From an uncultured Bacillales bacterium (GTDB lineage Bacteria; Bacillota_I; Bacilli_A; RF39; UBA660), in assembly GCA_946536225.1 (NCBI GenBank), contig CAMNEE010000003.1, forward strand, positions 25,533 to 89,532: a DNA stretch of 64,000 nucleotides. The letters run 5' to 3'. Shown one piece after another: positions 42,628-53,208 of this stretch. The position numbers and the translations under genes were made by a program. How positions within the stretch are numbered: position 1 is the stretch's first letter; the number at the start of each line of letters is the position of its first letter. The notes under the pieces are model-generated. The model was not told where the DNA came from, did not search any database, and worked only from the letters and a program-made list of their open reading frames with translations.

Positions 42628-42810
42628 ACATCATCCTCCTAACACTTAATCGTAAAATATAATAATTATTTCAATACATAAATTATAACATAAGATTTTA
42701 TTTATAATTATTAATAATATATGATATTCCTTCAGGGAATATTAATTATTTATAATATTCATATACTACATATATAAATATAAAGTATAATTGTAATAGA
42801 TAATAAACAT

Positions 42811-43719
42811 ATGGAGGATTATATGAAAAATAAAAATGTAAATTTAAACCTTTATAAAGTATTTTATGATGTTTGTAAAAACGGAAGTTTTTCTAAAACA
42901 GCAGAATTTACTTACACCACTCAATCAGCCATCTCTAAATCAATAAAAAAGTTAGAAGATGAATTAGAAACTCAGTTATTTTATAGAAACTCAAACGGTA
43001 TAGAATTAACTGATAAAGGAAAAGAATTATATTATTATGTAGAAAAGTGCTATGCAAATCTTTTAACAGCAGAAAGAATGATGCTTGAAACAGAAACACT
43101 TGAAAAGGGAACACTTAATATTGGACTACCTTCACATATAGCATCTTTCTTCTTTTTCGATAAAATAATCTCATTTCATGATAAATATCCTAATATAGAA
43201 ATTAAATTAATAAGTGGAGGAACAAAACAACTACTTGATCTTATAGATAAACATGAAATAGATATTATTATAGACACAGCTCCAATTACAACAAACAATA
43301 TGGATTTAAGTATAAATAAATTATCAACAGTTAAATATGGATTTGTATGTAATAAAAAGTACTATGATAAATACAAAACCGTAAATACATTAAAAGACTT
43401 AGAAAATGTTTCATTAGTACTTCCAATAAATGGAACTAGTAATAGAAAAAAACTAGATCAATTATTTATTAACAATAATATTAAACCTAAACATATTATT
43501 AATATACATACTAGTGAAGTTATTTTAAATGCTGTAGACCACGACTTAGGTTTAGGATACTTAATTTCAGATATAGTAAATAATAATGACAATTATAAAG
43601 TAATAAATATAAAAGAAGACTTACCAACAGTAGATATAGTATTTGCATATGATAGAAAATACTTAACTACTGCACCTATTAGATTTATTAAAGAATATAT
43701 AAACTATGATATAAAGTAA
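42811..43719 (+). CDS. LysR-family transcriptional regulator
   Basis: N-terminal HTH 'FSKTAEFTYTTQSAISKSIKKLEDEL' and a substrate-binding domain. Confidence 0.65.
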   Translation: MEDYMKNKNVNLNLYKVFYDVCKNGSFSKTAEFTYTTQSAISKSIKKLEDELETQLFYRNSNGIELTDKGKELYYYVEKCYANLLTAERMMLETETLEKGTLNIGLPSHIASFFFFDKIISFHDKYPNIEIKLISGGTKQLLDLIDKHEIDIIIDTAPITTNNMDLSINKLSTVKYGFVCNKKYYDKYKTVNTLKDLENVSLVLPINGTSNRKKLDQLFINNNIKPKHIINIHTSEVILNAVDHDLGLGYLISDIVNNNDNYKVINIKEDLPTVDIVFAYDRKYLTTAPIRFIKEYINYDIK

Positions 43720-43810
43720 GTATTCTTATTTGGAATATGTAATATACCTAACTAGAATTATTAATATAAGATTTTTGAATATATAATTATACTAGAAAGA
43801 GGTAAATAAT

Positions 43811-44401
43811 ATGAAACTATTATTTTTAACAAAAGACGATTCCAAATTTAATATGATGAAAGAAAGATTAAAAGACTTTAAAGACTTAGAATTAGTAAAT
43901 CCTAGTGTACTTGGATTTACTAATGAAGAAGAAATGCCTTCAATTGAAAAAGCATTAGACTATCATGAATTAACAGGTTTACCAATAATTACTTTAAATT
44001 CAGGTTTATATATAGATAAATTTGAAACTAAAGAACAACCTGTATTATTAAGAAAGAAAGTAAATGCTACAGAAACAATTAAGAATTATATTAGTAATCT
44101 TAATAAACATGGAGGTAGAAGTTTAGCTCATTATTACTCAAATATATCTATAATTAACAATGATGGTATAGTTACTACTAATACCATAAACGGAAATGAG
44201 TTCTTACTAGTTAATAAAGAAGGAAAGAAAGTAAATCTTAAAGGCAGATTACTAGATATAATAAGTATAGACTTAGAAGCCGGAAAATACTTTAACGATA
44301 GGAATAATGAAGAAATAGAAACACATTATAAAGCTTCTTATAATGAGCTAATAGAGTTTATTAAAACAACATTATATAAAAATGAAAAAGTAGATAACTA
44401 A
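43811..44401 (+). CDS. Hypothetical protein
   Basis: ORF only. Confidence 0.3.
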   Translation: MKLLFLTKDDSKFNMMKERLKDFKDLELVNPSVLGFTNEEEMPSIEKALDYHELTGLPIITLNSGLYIDKFETKEQPVLLRKKVNATETIKNYISNLNKHGGRSLAHYYSNISIINNDGIVTTNTINGNEFLLVNKEGKKVNLKGRLLDIISIDLEAGKYFNDRNNEEIETHYKASYNELIEFIKTTLYKNEKVDN

Positions 44402-44403
44402 TG

Positions 44404-45659
44404 TTATCTACTCATTTTTTTAATATTAATTGTACTTTTTATTAATATAAATAAACTTAACGATAATAAACTAACATATGTATAAATATTATCAATTGTC
44501 TTAGGATTAGTAACTTCTTCTTTTTTAAGTCTATCTAAAATTAAAGTTTCACCTTCTACATAATGTACATATATACCTGTTCCTTGCCAATCAATAACAG
44601 GACCAAGAGTTCTTGGATCTATATCACTAAAAGTAAGATATTTATAAGTTTTATCACCAATTGTAACAGTATCATCAGTTATATCAAAAGGAATACCATA
44701 TGGAGCTACATCATCATAATCAGAACCATATATTAAACCGTATTCTTTACCATTTGCATCTTGTTGCAATAAATACAAATATCTATAATATCCACGATAT
44801 GCTTTATCTTCTGTTAATACATATGTATCACTTTCAGCTTCGCCTTTATTATTATATATTGTTTTGTTTGATATATCTGAGTCCATATTACCGATATACC
44901 ATTTATGTGAATAAGTATCTTCTTTTAATTCATTTAAATAAAGAGTTACTTTTCCATCATTATCTACTGTATAAGCGTATTTTTTATCATCTTTAGTGGC
45001 AATCTTAAAGCTTTCAATATTCTCAGGAAGAATTGCAAATCCCCAGAAAGATTTAGCGCCATTATTTACTAGTTTTTCATATTTCTTTATTTCAGGAGAA
45101 TCACTTCTATTAAAAACTATACATGCCTCATCATTTTCATTCATGCCATCGCACCCTATTACAAATGTAGGATAATCAGAATCATTTTCATCCTTAACAG
45201 CATATAACTCTAAAGAAACACTATCTTCAAATATTATTTTACTTTTATCTGTACTAGCAATTGGTGTTTCATAATGAGCATTTTTTTTTTATTAAGTATA
45301 AGCTTTCCCTTTCCAGTAATAGTAATATTTGTTTTATACTGGCCACCAGATACATATATAGCTAAAAAATCATTAGTACCTTCTACATTAAGTTTAAAAT
45401 CCTCACCCATATTATCTACATTTAGTGAGTAAGATCCTTTTAAATTTTTAATAGTTAAAGTATTTGTTGTTAAATCATAATTAACACCATTAAGTGCGTT
45501 ATTATCAACACTACCTAATTCATATATATCAAAAAAATTCCTATCAGGTTCTTCCATAAATGTTACTAATCCATATTCTTCTGAAGGACCATTATCAGCT
45601 TTTACTATTCCCATAAAAGAAATAAATAATAAAAATATAAAACATAAATACTTTTTCAT
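44404..45659 (-). pseudogene. Sortase-anchored surface protein (paralogue of 45754..47205) split by a frameshift at an A10 tract (minus strand; T10 at 45281..45290)
   Basis: The 141-aa ORF (signal peptide plus a domain homologous to the neighbour) ends just after 'NKKK'. A +1 A insertion fuses it in-frame to the 246-aa ORF, which ends with an 'NPKT' sorting signal. Confidence 0.55.
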
Positions 45660-45753
45660 AATAATCTCCTATACACTTTAAACTCTATCCTAGTTTTAGT
45701 ATATCAAACAAATATTTATAAAAAATACTTATATAAAAATAAAAGATACTAGT

Positions 45754-47205
45754 TTACACTAATATCTTCTTATTTGTTAGGATTAACAAACTAAATAATA
45801 ATAGACTTATATACAAATATATATTATCTCCAGTCTGAGGATTACTAATTACTTCTTCAGGTTCATCCCCTACCGTGAATGTAACACTTGAAGTTCTAGA
45901 GTCACTATAAGTTAAACTTAGAGTATGAACTCCATCACTTAAAGAATCTAAGTATTCATTATCTAAAGTAATAATTGTACTTCCTTCTTTAGAAGTAAAC
46001 TCAGTTATTTCTTTATCATCAACATATACTTTGCCACCATCTTCAAATAATGAATAAGGTGCATCAAACCTAAATACTAAGTCTTCACTACCTCTATAAT
46101 AATCTTGATCCTTACCTTCAACAGCATTATATGTTTTAAATTTACTTATAAATACATCTTCGTTAATAAAATGTTTATAAACCTTACGTTCTAACTTTGA
46201 TGCATTCACTGTATTATCAGGAATAACATAAGGGTATTCTCCATCAGAAATAATAACTTCACCAGTATATTTAAATACATTATCATTATTATCTACATAA
46301 TACCAATTACCAATACTATCAAACATTTCATATAAGGATTCTACATGAAATTGATAAACATCATAAGAGTCAGTAGTTTCTACATAACCCATATTTCTTA
46401 ACTCATCAAGAGTATAATAATCGTAATCATCCATATGATCTACATAATCAAATGTTTTACCATTATATGAATATTCTTTAATATTACTTAAGTATATTTT
46501 ATATTCATCACCATCATAATGCTCTACAACATATTTTTTTGAATCTTTAGTATATATTTTTTTATAATTAATTTTTTCATCAAATCTCACAGTAGCAAAA
46601 GCTATACCAGTATTAATATCTCTAAAGAATTCAGTAGTTCCTTCTACAGCCTCTCTACCTTCTAAATAAAGTGCATGACTAATACTTTTAGACATTGATG
46701 TAACTTTAATTAAAGGATCATTATTAAATCCTTCTTCCTTATCAATAATCACATTAACTGTACTATCAATAATTAATCTTCCATTAAATACTTCAATGGC
46801 ATCATTATATCCTGTTTCTCTTCTTATTACTAAAGTTCCATCACCAATTATATGTAGATATGTTGTATTAATTCTATCAAAATTAGAACTAACAATATCA
46901 CCATCAATAAAAATACGTTTAATAGTATTAACACCAATTAATTTAAGTTTGAAGCTCTCACCCATATCTTCTACTCTTAATTCATTAATTGATACATCAT
47001 CAAAAATTAATGTATTAGATTTTTCATCATATGTAACACCTGTTACTGCATCATTATTAATAGTATCTCTGTCTTTCCTAATATACTCACCATCAATTTT
47101 AATAGTTGCATCACTCTGTGGCCAATAATCAGATGCATTAGCTGCATCCAAGTTAATAAATAACCCCATAATTAAAACAAACAAAAAAATAACTCTTCTC
47201 TTCAT
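45754..47205 (-). CDS. Sortase-anchored cell-surface protein
   Basis: Signal peptide; C-terminal 'NPQTG' followed by a hydrophobic stretch and a basic tail. Confidence 0.6.
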   Translation of the reverse strand: MKRRVIFLFVLIMGLFINLDAANASDYWPQSDATIKIDGEYIRKDRDTINNDAVTGVTYDEKSNTLIFDDVSINELRVEDMGESFKLKLIGVNTIKRIFIDGDIVSSNFDRINTTYLHIIGDGTLVIRRETGYNDAIEVFNGRLIIDSTVNVIIDKEEGFNNDPLIKVTSMSKSISHALYLEGREAVEGTTEFFRDINTGIAFATVRFDEKINYKKIYTKDSKKYVVEHYDGDEYKIYLSNIKEYSYNGKTFDYVDHMDDYDYYTLDELRNMGYVETTDSYDVYQFHVESLYEMFDSIGNWYYVDNNDNVFKYTGEVIISDGEYPYVIPDNTVNASKLERKVYKHFINEDVFISKFKTYNAVEGKDQDYYRGSEDLVFRFDAPYSLFEDGGKVYVDDKEITEFTSKEGSTIITLDNEYLDSLSDGVHTLSLTYSDSRTSSVTFTVGDEPEEVISNPQTGDNIYLYISLLLFSLLILTNKKILV

Positions 47206-47360
47206 ATAAACAATCCTCTACTCTATCTATATTATAAGTATAGGATTATTTATAAGTCAACAAAGAAAAATGAATAAAAACAGGTGTATTAATTATATGT
47301 ATTTTGCTCTCTTCAGGGGGACCGAACAAATGTATGTTCTATACCTGTGATAAAAGATTA

Positions 47361-47386
47361 AAACCACGTAATTACGTGGTTTTTTA
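47361..47386. terminator. Bidirectional rho-independent terminator at the island boundary
   Basis: Perfect palindrome aaaccacgtaat/attacgtggttt flanked by A4 and T6. Confidence 0.6.
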
Positions 47387-47531
47387 GTACTCTTCAATTT
47401 ATAAGAATTTATAAAAGTTTAAATATTAGTATAGGTAAAAGTATAGATAAAACTAAAATATACTTACTATAGCAATTATTATATTAAAATAAAAAGTCGA
47501 ATATTGTAACTTTACTCGACTTTTAAAATTT

Positions 47532-48014
47532 TTATATAAACGATTTATTCATATCTAAATTATATTCATTATAAATAAGGATTCTACTTTCCTCTTCTAA
47601 TACTTTGCATAAATCATATAAGAATCCGGTATAAATAATTAGTTGTTTTGATTCATAGCAATATCTCCACTTTTCAAAAGAGTCATTGATCTTATTTAAT
47701 TCTTCATCAAAATTATAATTGATCATTTTTGCTTTGATATTTATATTTTGTATTTGATTATATAAACTAACCAATTTATGTCCTTTTACTATTTCATGTT
47801 TTTGAATCATTAATATACTTTTAAAATATAATTCACAGGCAAATATAACATCAACTACAGAAGCAATAATAGTTGGATGCTTATGTCCAATAATGTTTCT
47901 AAAATCCAAAATATTATCACCTAAGATTTGAAATTCTCTTCCGCTCCTATATGCATTAATAGCCATTTTTGAAATACTATCTAATCCATTAAATTTTTTT
48001 TCGAAATCATTCAT
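47532..48014 (-). CDS. Hypothetical protein with HEPN-like Rx4H motif
   Basis: 160 aa, 'FRNIIGHKH'; predicted helical. Confidence 0.3.
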   Translation of the reverse strand: MNDFEKKFNGLDSISKMAINAYRSGREFQILGDNILDFRNIIGHKHPTIIASVVDVIFACELYFKSILMIQKHEIVKGHKLVSLYNQIQNINIKAKMINYNFDEELNKINDSFEKWRYCYESKQLIIYTGFLYDLCKVLEEESRILIYNEYNLDMNKSFI

Positions 48015-48017
48015 ATA

Positions 48018-48875
48018 CTATCTACTTTCTTTGAACATTTCATTTACCTGTTCATTATATATACTATTATTAATTTGATAGTCTAATTCTTTAGTCAATT
48101 CTTTAATATTAATTTCAATTGTTTCTTTATTAGTATTTAATTCATCAACCAATTGTTTTCCGATTCTTTCATTTTCTTCGATATACTTATTATTAGTATC
48201 GAACATCATATATCTTTTAACAACGCTCATTCCATTTTTTATACCATCTAAGAAACATGATATATTAACTAGATTAACATAGTTACAACAATTAATAAGA
48301 TTTAAATAAAAACCATTCTCTTCATTACCTATTTTTTTATTTAAATAATTCAAAAACATATATTCAATTGTAACCATTATATATTTTAAATTATTCAGCA
48401 TATATGCCTTATATTTAATAGTATTATCTAAATACGATACTAGTTCTTTCATACTACTAGGGTGAACTATTTTACATAAATACTTATATATATCATTGAA
48501 ATCTTCTTTTTCAAAATAACCAGTAAATAAATCGTCACAATTATCCTCAAGAACTTTCCTAAATTTACCTGGATATGTATCTATAGTAATAATCATCTTA
48601 TTATTATATGATGTCGAAATGATATACATAATGTTTTCATATAATGTTCTTAATATGGTTGAAGAATTAAACAAATCTTTTTGATCAAGAAGTTGATTAA
48701 CGGTTTTAAAATCATTAGTAATCTTTATATATATATTTCTAGATTTAGTATATTTACTAATTCTTTTAAACTCAAAATTAGCAATTTCATTAATATATAT
48801 ATAATGAGCACATTCTAACATTTTCATACATTTTTTGTAATCATTTAATCTTTTAACATAACTACTAACTTTCAT
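48018..48875 (-). CDS. Hypothetical protein (defence-island gene)
   Basis: 285 aa; 3-nt spacing to the downstream gene implies an operon. Confidence 0.35.
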   Translation of the reverse strand: MKVSSYVKRLNDYKKCMKMLECAHYIYINEIANFEFKRISKYTKSRNIYIKITNDFKTVNQLLDQKDLFNSSTILRTLYENIMYIISTSYNNKMIITIDTYPGKFRKVLEDNCDDLFTGYFEKEDFNDIYKYLCKIVHPSSMKELVSYLDNTIKYKAYMLNNLKYIMVTIEYMFLNYLNKKIGNEENGFYLNLINCCNYVNLVNISCFLDGIKNGMSVVKRYMMFDTNNKYIEENERIGKQLVDELNTNKETIEINIKELTKELDYQINNSIYNEQVNEMFKESR

Positions 48876-48889
48876 ATTTTCTCCTTGTA

Positions 48890-50143
48890 TTATCTATAAT
48901 CAACAGAATCAGGAATAAGCTTATTAATAATCGAATCATATTCCAAAGCATGCATATATAATGCTATTTGCGATATAACATATAACTCGTGATAATTTAA
49001 TCGACGCAAATCATCTTCAGTTATTTCAACATATTGTTGAAAGAAAGGTAGCAACAATTTATACATACTTAATGCGTATATTTTGTCACCATGTTTTTCA
49101 TTTAAATATATCACCTTGCTTAAATAATAATTATAATCTATTTTTCCATCTTTTAAATACACACTACCTAAAAGTAGTTTTTCAATAAGTTTATCAAAAA
49201 AAGATAGACAATTATAGTCCATATTTTGTAATTGTCTATGATATGCTTGAAGCGCATATTTTATAGCATGCTTATACTTTATAAAACTAGATTCATTATT
49301 TTTATTAGATATATTCATATTAAAAATATCAATAATCTCATTTATTTGATTTTCAATTTCGTTATTTCTTTCAGATGCTTCAATTTTTAAATTGTTTAAA
49401 TAATCCAGATAATCACTAAAATCTTTTGGTTTCAAAATGAATTTTTTTCTAAAATTATTAATAATATTCTTATTATAATTAATTATTACTTTTGATAAAC
49501 TATTTAATGAATAATACTTATACTTTATATAATTAAACAATTCATTAATAAATATTTCTTTATGAACAATAAGCCTATCTATTATATTATTATATGTTGT
49601 TATAATTAGGTCAGCTTTATTATTGCTTATTCTAAAAATCCCATTGTTCCACATAGCATACGGACTTACTTCAAATTCATCTTCTTGAAATATTGCGTGT
49701 TGTGAAGTGTCATTTGGATGTACTGAACTTAATGATCTAATATATTTAAAATAATCATCATCTAATTCCCAATCGGATTTATTGTTATTAACTGTAGAAT
49801 TAATACATTTAGATTTAAATATTACATTGTGTGCCGGAGTTCTAACATTGTATATTGAAAACGCATAATCTATGCACTCAATTAATACTCCTGCTTGTTC
49901 AATAAACTCAAAGAAATCAAAAGCACATCTCTCCCATGTACCATCATTTAATACCTTTTGATTTAAATATAAAACAAGGTCATCTATCCTATCCATAATA
50001 GTACAAATCGAATGCCATGAGTTCACTGGTTTTGTAGGTTTTTTCTTCCTGTAAAATTGATGTTTTAAAGATAAATCTATATAATCATTTACAACATTTC
50101 TAAATTTGTGTCCTACACTTGGATTTAATTTTATCTTAAACAT
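48890..50143 (-). CDS. Hypothetical protein (defence-island gene); start reassigned to an internal Met
   Basis: GGAGGA RBS precedes the ATG at 50143. Confidence 0.4.
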   Translation of the reverse strand: MFKIKLNPSVGHKFRNVVNDYIDLSLKHQFYRKKKPTKPVNSWHSICTIMDRIDDLVLYLNQKVLNDGTWERCAFDFFEFIEQAGVLIECIDYAFSIYNVRTPAHNVIFKSKCINSTVNNNKSDWELDDDYFKYIRSLSSVHPNDTSQHAIFQEDEFEVSPYAMWNNGIFRISNNKADLIITTYNNIIDRLIVHKEIFINELFNYIKYKYYSLNSLSKVIINYNKNIINNFRKKFILKPKDFSDYLDYLNNLKIEASERNNEIENQINEIIDIFNMNISNKNNESSFIKYKHAIKYALQAYHRQLQNMDYNCLSFFDKLIEKLLLGSVYLKDGKIDYNYYLSKVIYLNEKHGDKIYALSMYKLLLPFFQQYVEITEDDLRRLNYHELYVISQIALYMHALEYDSIINKLIPDSVDYR

Positions 50144-50212
50144 ATGTCCTCCAATCAAAAAAGAGTATATTCCATCTAAAAAAATGAAATACACTCTTAT
50201 TATCAAATATTA

Positions 50213-52102
50213 TTATACACTATTTATATGACCTTTCAAGTATTCATTTAATTTATCATTAGTACAATAAACATAACAGCCTTTCATTCCTCTAGTCATT
50301 AATGTTCTATATGTATTTTTAATAATATTATCAGCTATTCTATTAGCTTCTTCTTGTCCTTGTTCTTTAGCAATCTTATTAATACCTTTTAAAGATTGAT
50401 CTGTTCTAGCTCTTTTTGAATAATCAGTTACTATATGACCATTTTCATATCTCATATCATCACCAATAATAACTCCAACATAATCAAACTCTAAGCCTTG
50501 ACATGTATGAATACAACCAGCCTCATTTACTGATTCAGAATCTATAGCCCATGTTTGAGAATTACCTAGGTTCCAACTTATTCCAAAGTTATATTCAGGA
50601 ATAGTTATATCATGAACTTCAGAGTTATTCTTAGCATTACCTTCACTAATCCAATCCCAACAATATCCAGCTACTATTCTTGATTTATTATTTATAGTAT
50701 TCTTTTCTTCAATTGCTTTTCTCATTTCATTTGGATCATCAAATACTTTAAAATCATAATCAAAACCGTCTATATCAAAATTAGCTGTTTCTTTTATTTC
50801 TAATATATTATTTAGCCATGCAATATATCCATCAGAACCATTACATCTAAATTGACTATCTAATTCATAAGTGTATATACCAGCACCTAATTCAGTAGCA
50901 TATTTCTTAATCATATCTTCACTACCAATATCCTTAAGAGTTACTTTTTGATTTTCATCTATAAAGAATATTGAAAATTTAGAAGCATTAATAATTTCTT
51001 TAATTTGGTTTTCACCTTTGTTTTGGAACATACCAGATTTAGCATTTAATCTATGAGCTTCATCTACTACTAATACATCTAACTTATTACTATCTTCATC
51101 TACAAAGTTTCCAGACCCTTGGAATAAATGATTAATATAAGTTTGAGTATAGTTACCTCTTAGTTTAGCTGAGAATACACTTCTTGGAGCTGCATTCTTA
51201 GTTACATAGAAACAAGTCATACTCCTTCTATTAAACTCTACTAATAAATTAATAGCTAGAACTGATTTACCAGTTCCTGGTCCTCCTCTAACTATCATTA
51301 CATTCTTTTTATTATTGGCAACTGTATCAATAGCATTGCTTAAAGCGTATTCATATATAATCTTTTGTTCATCAATCATATAGAATTCTTTATTACCTTC
51401 TAACATGTTAGATAAAGAATCTTGTAACATTTTAGATGGTCTAATTCTCCCATGATCTATTTCATAAAGAATACTTCCATCATCACCATCTTCAATGTAT
51501 CTTTTAATAAAATCCCTAAGTTTAATTACATCATTATGTCCAAATAAAGGTGCTTGAGATGTATACTCTTTATAGTTATCAGATAATAATGTATCATCAT
51601 TTTCAAAATAATAATTATGTAAGTATGCACATGGTACTACATTAATATCCTTTAATTGCACTGATTCATTATAATCTTTAATTAGATTAGCATAAGTCAT
51701 AGCTTGATAAGACGGATGGTTAACATCTCTTAATCCTCCACCAGTATAAGTGTTAACTTTATAAATACCATCTAAATTAGCTACTTCAGTAGCTTTATCC
51801 CATTGTTTTAATTCGACAATTACAACATTGGATTTATTTTTATTAAATCCAGACATCATAAAGTCTATTCTACAACCAGTTGGAGGAATATTATATTCAA
51901 TAGCTATACCAGTATTATCTGGTATTTCATTATCACTTAATACACCTCTCATATATTGCATAGAATTTTTCCATGAATTAAATTCTGGTGCACTAGGTCT
52001 TCTTTTAATTTTTTCAATATATTTATTTCTAATCTTGTCAGCAATTATTCCTAAATCTACATCATTAATAAATCCTGATTTTACTCCTTCATATACTAAC
52101 AT
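50213..52102 (-). CDS. DUF2075-family protein: N-terminal PD-(D/E)XK-like nuclease module plus SF1-like P-loop ATPase
   Basis: N-terminus 'MLVYEGVKSGFINDV', 'RIDFMM...VVIVELKQW' nuclease-like motif, Walker A 'GGPGTGKS', C-terminal '...TRGMKGCYVY'. Confidence 0.55.
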   Translation of the reverse strand: MLVYEGVKSGFINDVDLGIIADKIRNKYIEKIKRRPSAPEFNSWKNSMQYMRGVLSDNEIPDNTGIAIEYNIPPTGCRIDFMMSGFNKNKSNVVIVELKQWDKATEVANLDGIYKVNTYTGGGLRDVNHPSYQAMTYANLIKDYNESVQLKDINVVPCAYLHNYYFENDDTLLSDNYKEYTSQAPLFGHNDVIKLRDFIKRYIEDGDDGSILYEIDHGRIRPSKMLQDSLSNMLEGNKEFYMIDEQKIIYEYALSNAIDTVANNKKNVMIVRGGPGTGKSVLAINLLVEFNRRSMTCFYVTKNAAPRSVFSAKLRGNYTQTYINHLFQGSGNFVDEDSNKLDVLVVDEAHRLNAKSGMFQNKGENQIKEIINASKFSIFFIDENQKVTLKDIGSEDMIKKYATELGAGIYTYELDSQFRCNGSDGYIAWLNNILEIKETANFDIDGFDYDFKVFDDPNEMRKAIEEKNTINNKSRIVAGYCWDWISEGNAKNNSEVHDITIPEYNFGISWNLGNSQTWAIDSESVNEAGCIHTCQGLEFDYVGVIIGDDMRYENGHIVTDYSKRARTDQSLKGINKIAKEQGQEEANRIADNIIKNTYRTLMTRGMKGCYVYCTNDKLNEYLKGHINSV

Positions 52103-52113
52103 AAATTTACCTC

Positions 52114-52428
52114 TTACAACTTATTATATTTTGTGCTCTTTCCTTTTGCTTTTTCAACCGGATATTTCTTTGCTGTCTTTTCCATTTTATCTAAAACTAT
52201 TTGTTTAGGATCTACACCTAGCTTATCAGCCATTAATAAACAATAATTTATAACATCAGCAAGTTCTTCTTTTACTTCATCTAAATTATATTCATTATTC
52301 CATTGAAAGCATTCTAATAGCTCACCAGCTTCAATAGAAATACTTTTTGCTAAGTTTTCTGGAGAATGAAATTGATCCCAATCTCTTGCTTCATTAAATT
52401 CTTTGATTTGCTTAATTACTTCTTCCAT
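52114..52428 (-). CDS. MazG-like nucleoside triphosphate pyrophosphohydrolase (small single-domain form)
   Basis: 'FHSPENLAKSISIEAGELLECFQW' all-alpha NTP-PPase signature (EExxE/D). Confidence 0.55.
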   Translation of the reverse strand: MEEVIKQIKEFNEARDWDQFHSPENLAKSISIEAGELLECFQWNNEYNLDEVKEELADVINYCLLMADKLGVDPKQIVLDKMEKTAKKYPVEKAKGKSTKYNKL

Positions 52429-52522
52429 ACATTATCCCTCTTTATTTATTTTAGCATATTTTCAATGTATTTTTACAAAATTAATCAATAAAAAAAGGAC
52501 TATAAAAGTCCTTAAAATTATT

Positions 52523-53170
52523 CTATTTATTTAATAAACGATAACCTTCTATGATTATTTGTTTAACAATATCTTCATCATATTCATTTTCTAGTTTTTT
52601 AGCTAACTCTATTAACTTATCCGGATTATTATCAACAACAACATTTTCCTTCATAACTGGATAAATTAAATATTTATTATCTAAAACTTCAATAATGATA
52701 TCACTTAAAACAGCAATTATACTATTTCTAAACATTTCTACTTTTTCTTCAGTGTTATTAAAATAAATATTATATTTTCCACCTTGATCTAATCTAACTA
52801 TTCCATTACCTAAATCCAATTCGTAGTTATCATTGTTTTTAAAATAATCAAAAGCTGTATAAAAATTTGATAGCTTTCCATTAAAATCATCAACTAATTT
52901 ATTATTTTCAACAACTTCCATTTCATTATAAATACAGTTTTTAGTTTTTGAGACATCTAAAAAATAATGTTTTGAAGGATCATTTAAAATACCAATTAAA
53001 GTATTTGCTAAGTCATGACTAGTTGTTAAAAAATAATTGCAAGTACTGCTTTTACTTTTAGTCTCCTTAGTTTTATCTAATGATGTATATTTATATATGT
53101 TTGTTCCAACTGATTCTGTATTAGATAGTCTAATTCTAATTTTATTTTTATTAAGTGGTTCTACTACCAT
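52523..53170 (-). CDS. Hypothetical protein
   Basis: ORF only, 215 aa. Confidence 0.3.
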   Translation of the reverse strand: MVVEPLNKNKIRIRLSNTESVGTNIYKYTSLDKTKETKSKSSTCNYFLTTSHDLANTLIGILNDPSKHYFLDVSKTKNCIYNEMEVVENNKLVDDFNGKLSNFYTAFDYFKNNDNYELDLGNGIVRLDQGGKYNIYFNNTEEKVEMFRNSIIAVLSDIIIEVLDNKYLIYPVMKENVVVDNNPDKLIELAKKLENEYDEDIVKQIIIEGYRLLNK

Positions 53171-53208
53171 ATCATTTGCACCTCACACATATATTCTAAC
53201 ACATTTTT

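Noticed and set aside
47283-47360. Possible small RNA or riboswitch upstream of the 47361 terminator (G5 run 'cagggggaccgaac')
   Set aside because: I could not match a recognisable conserved riboswitch core by eye. It is likely just the 3' UTR of the surface-protein gene or of the island.
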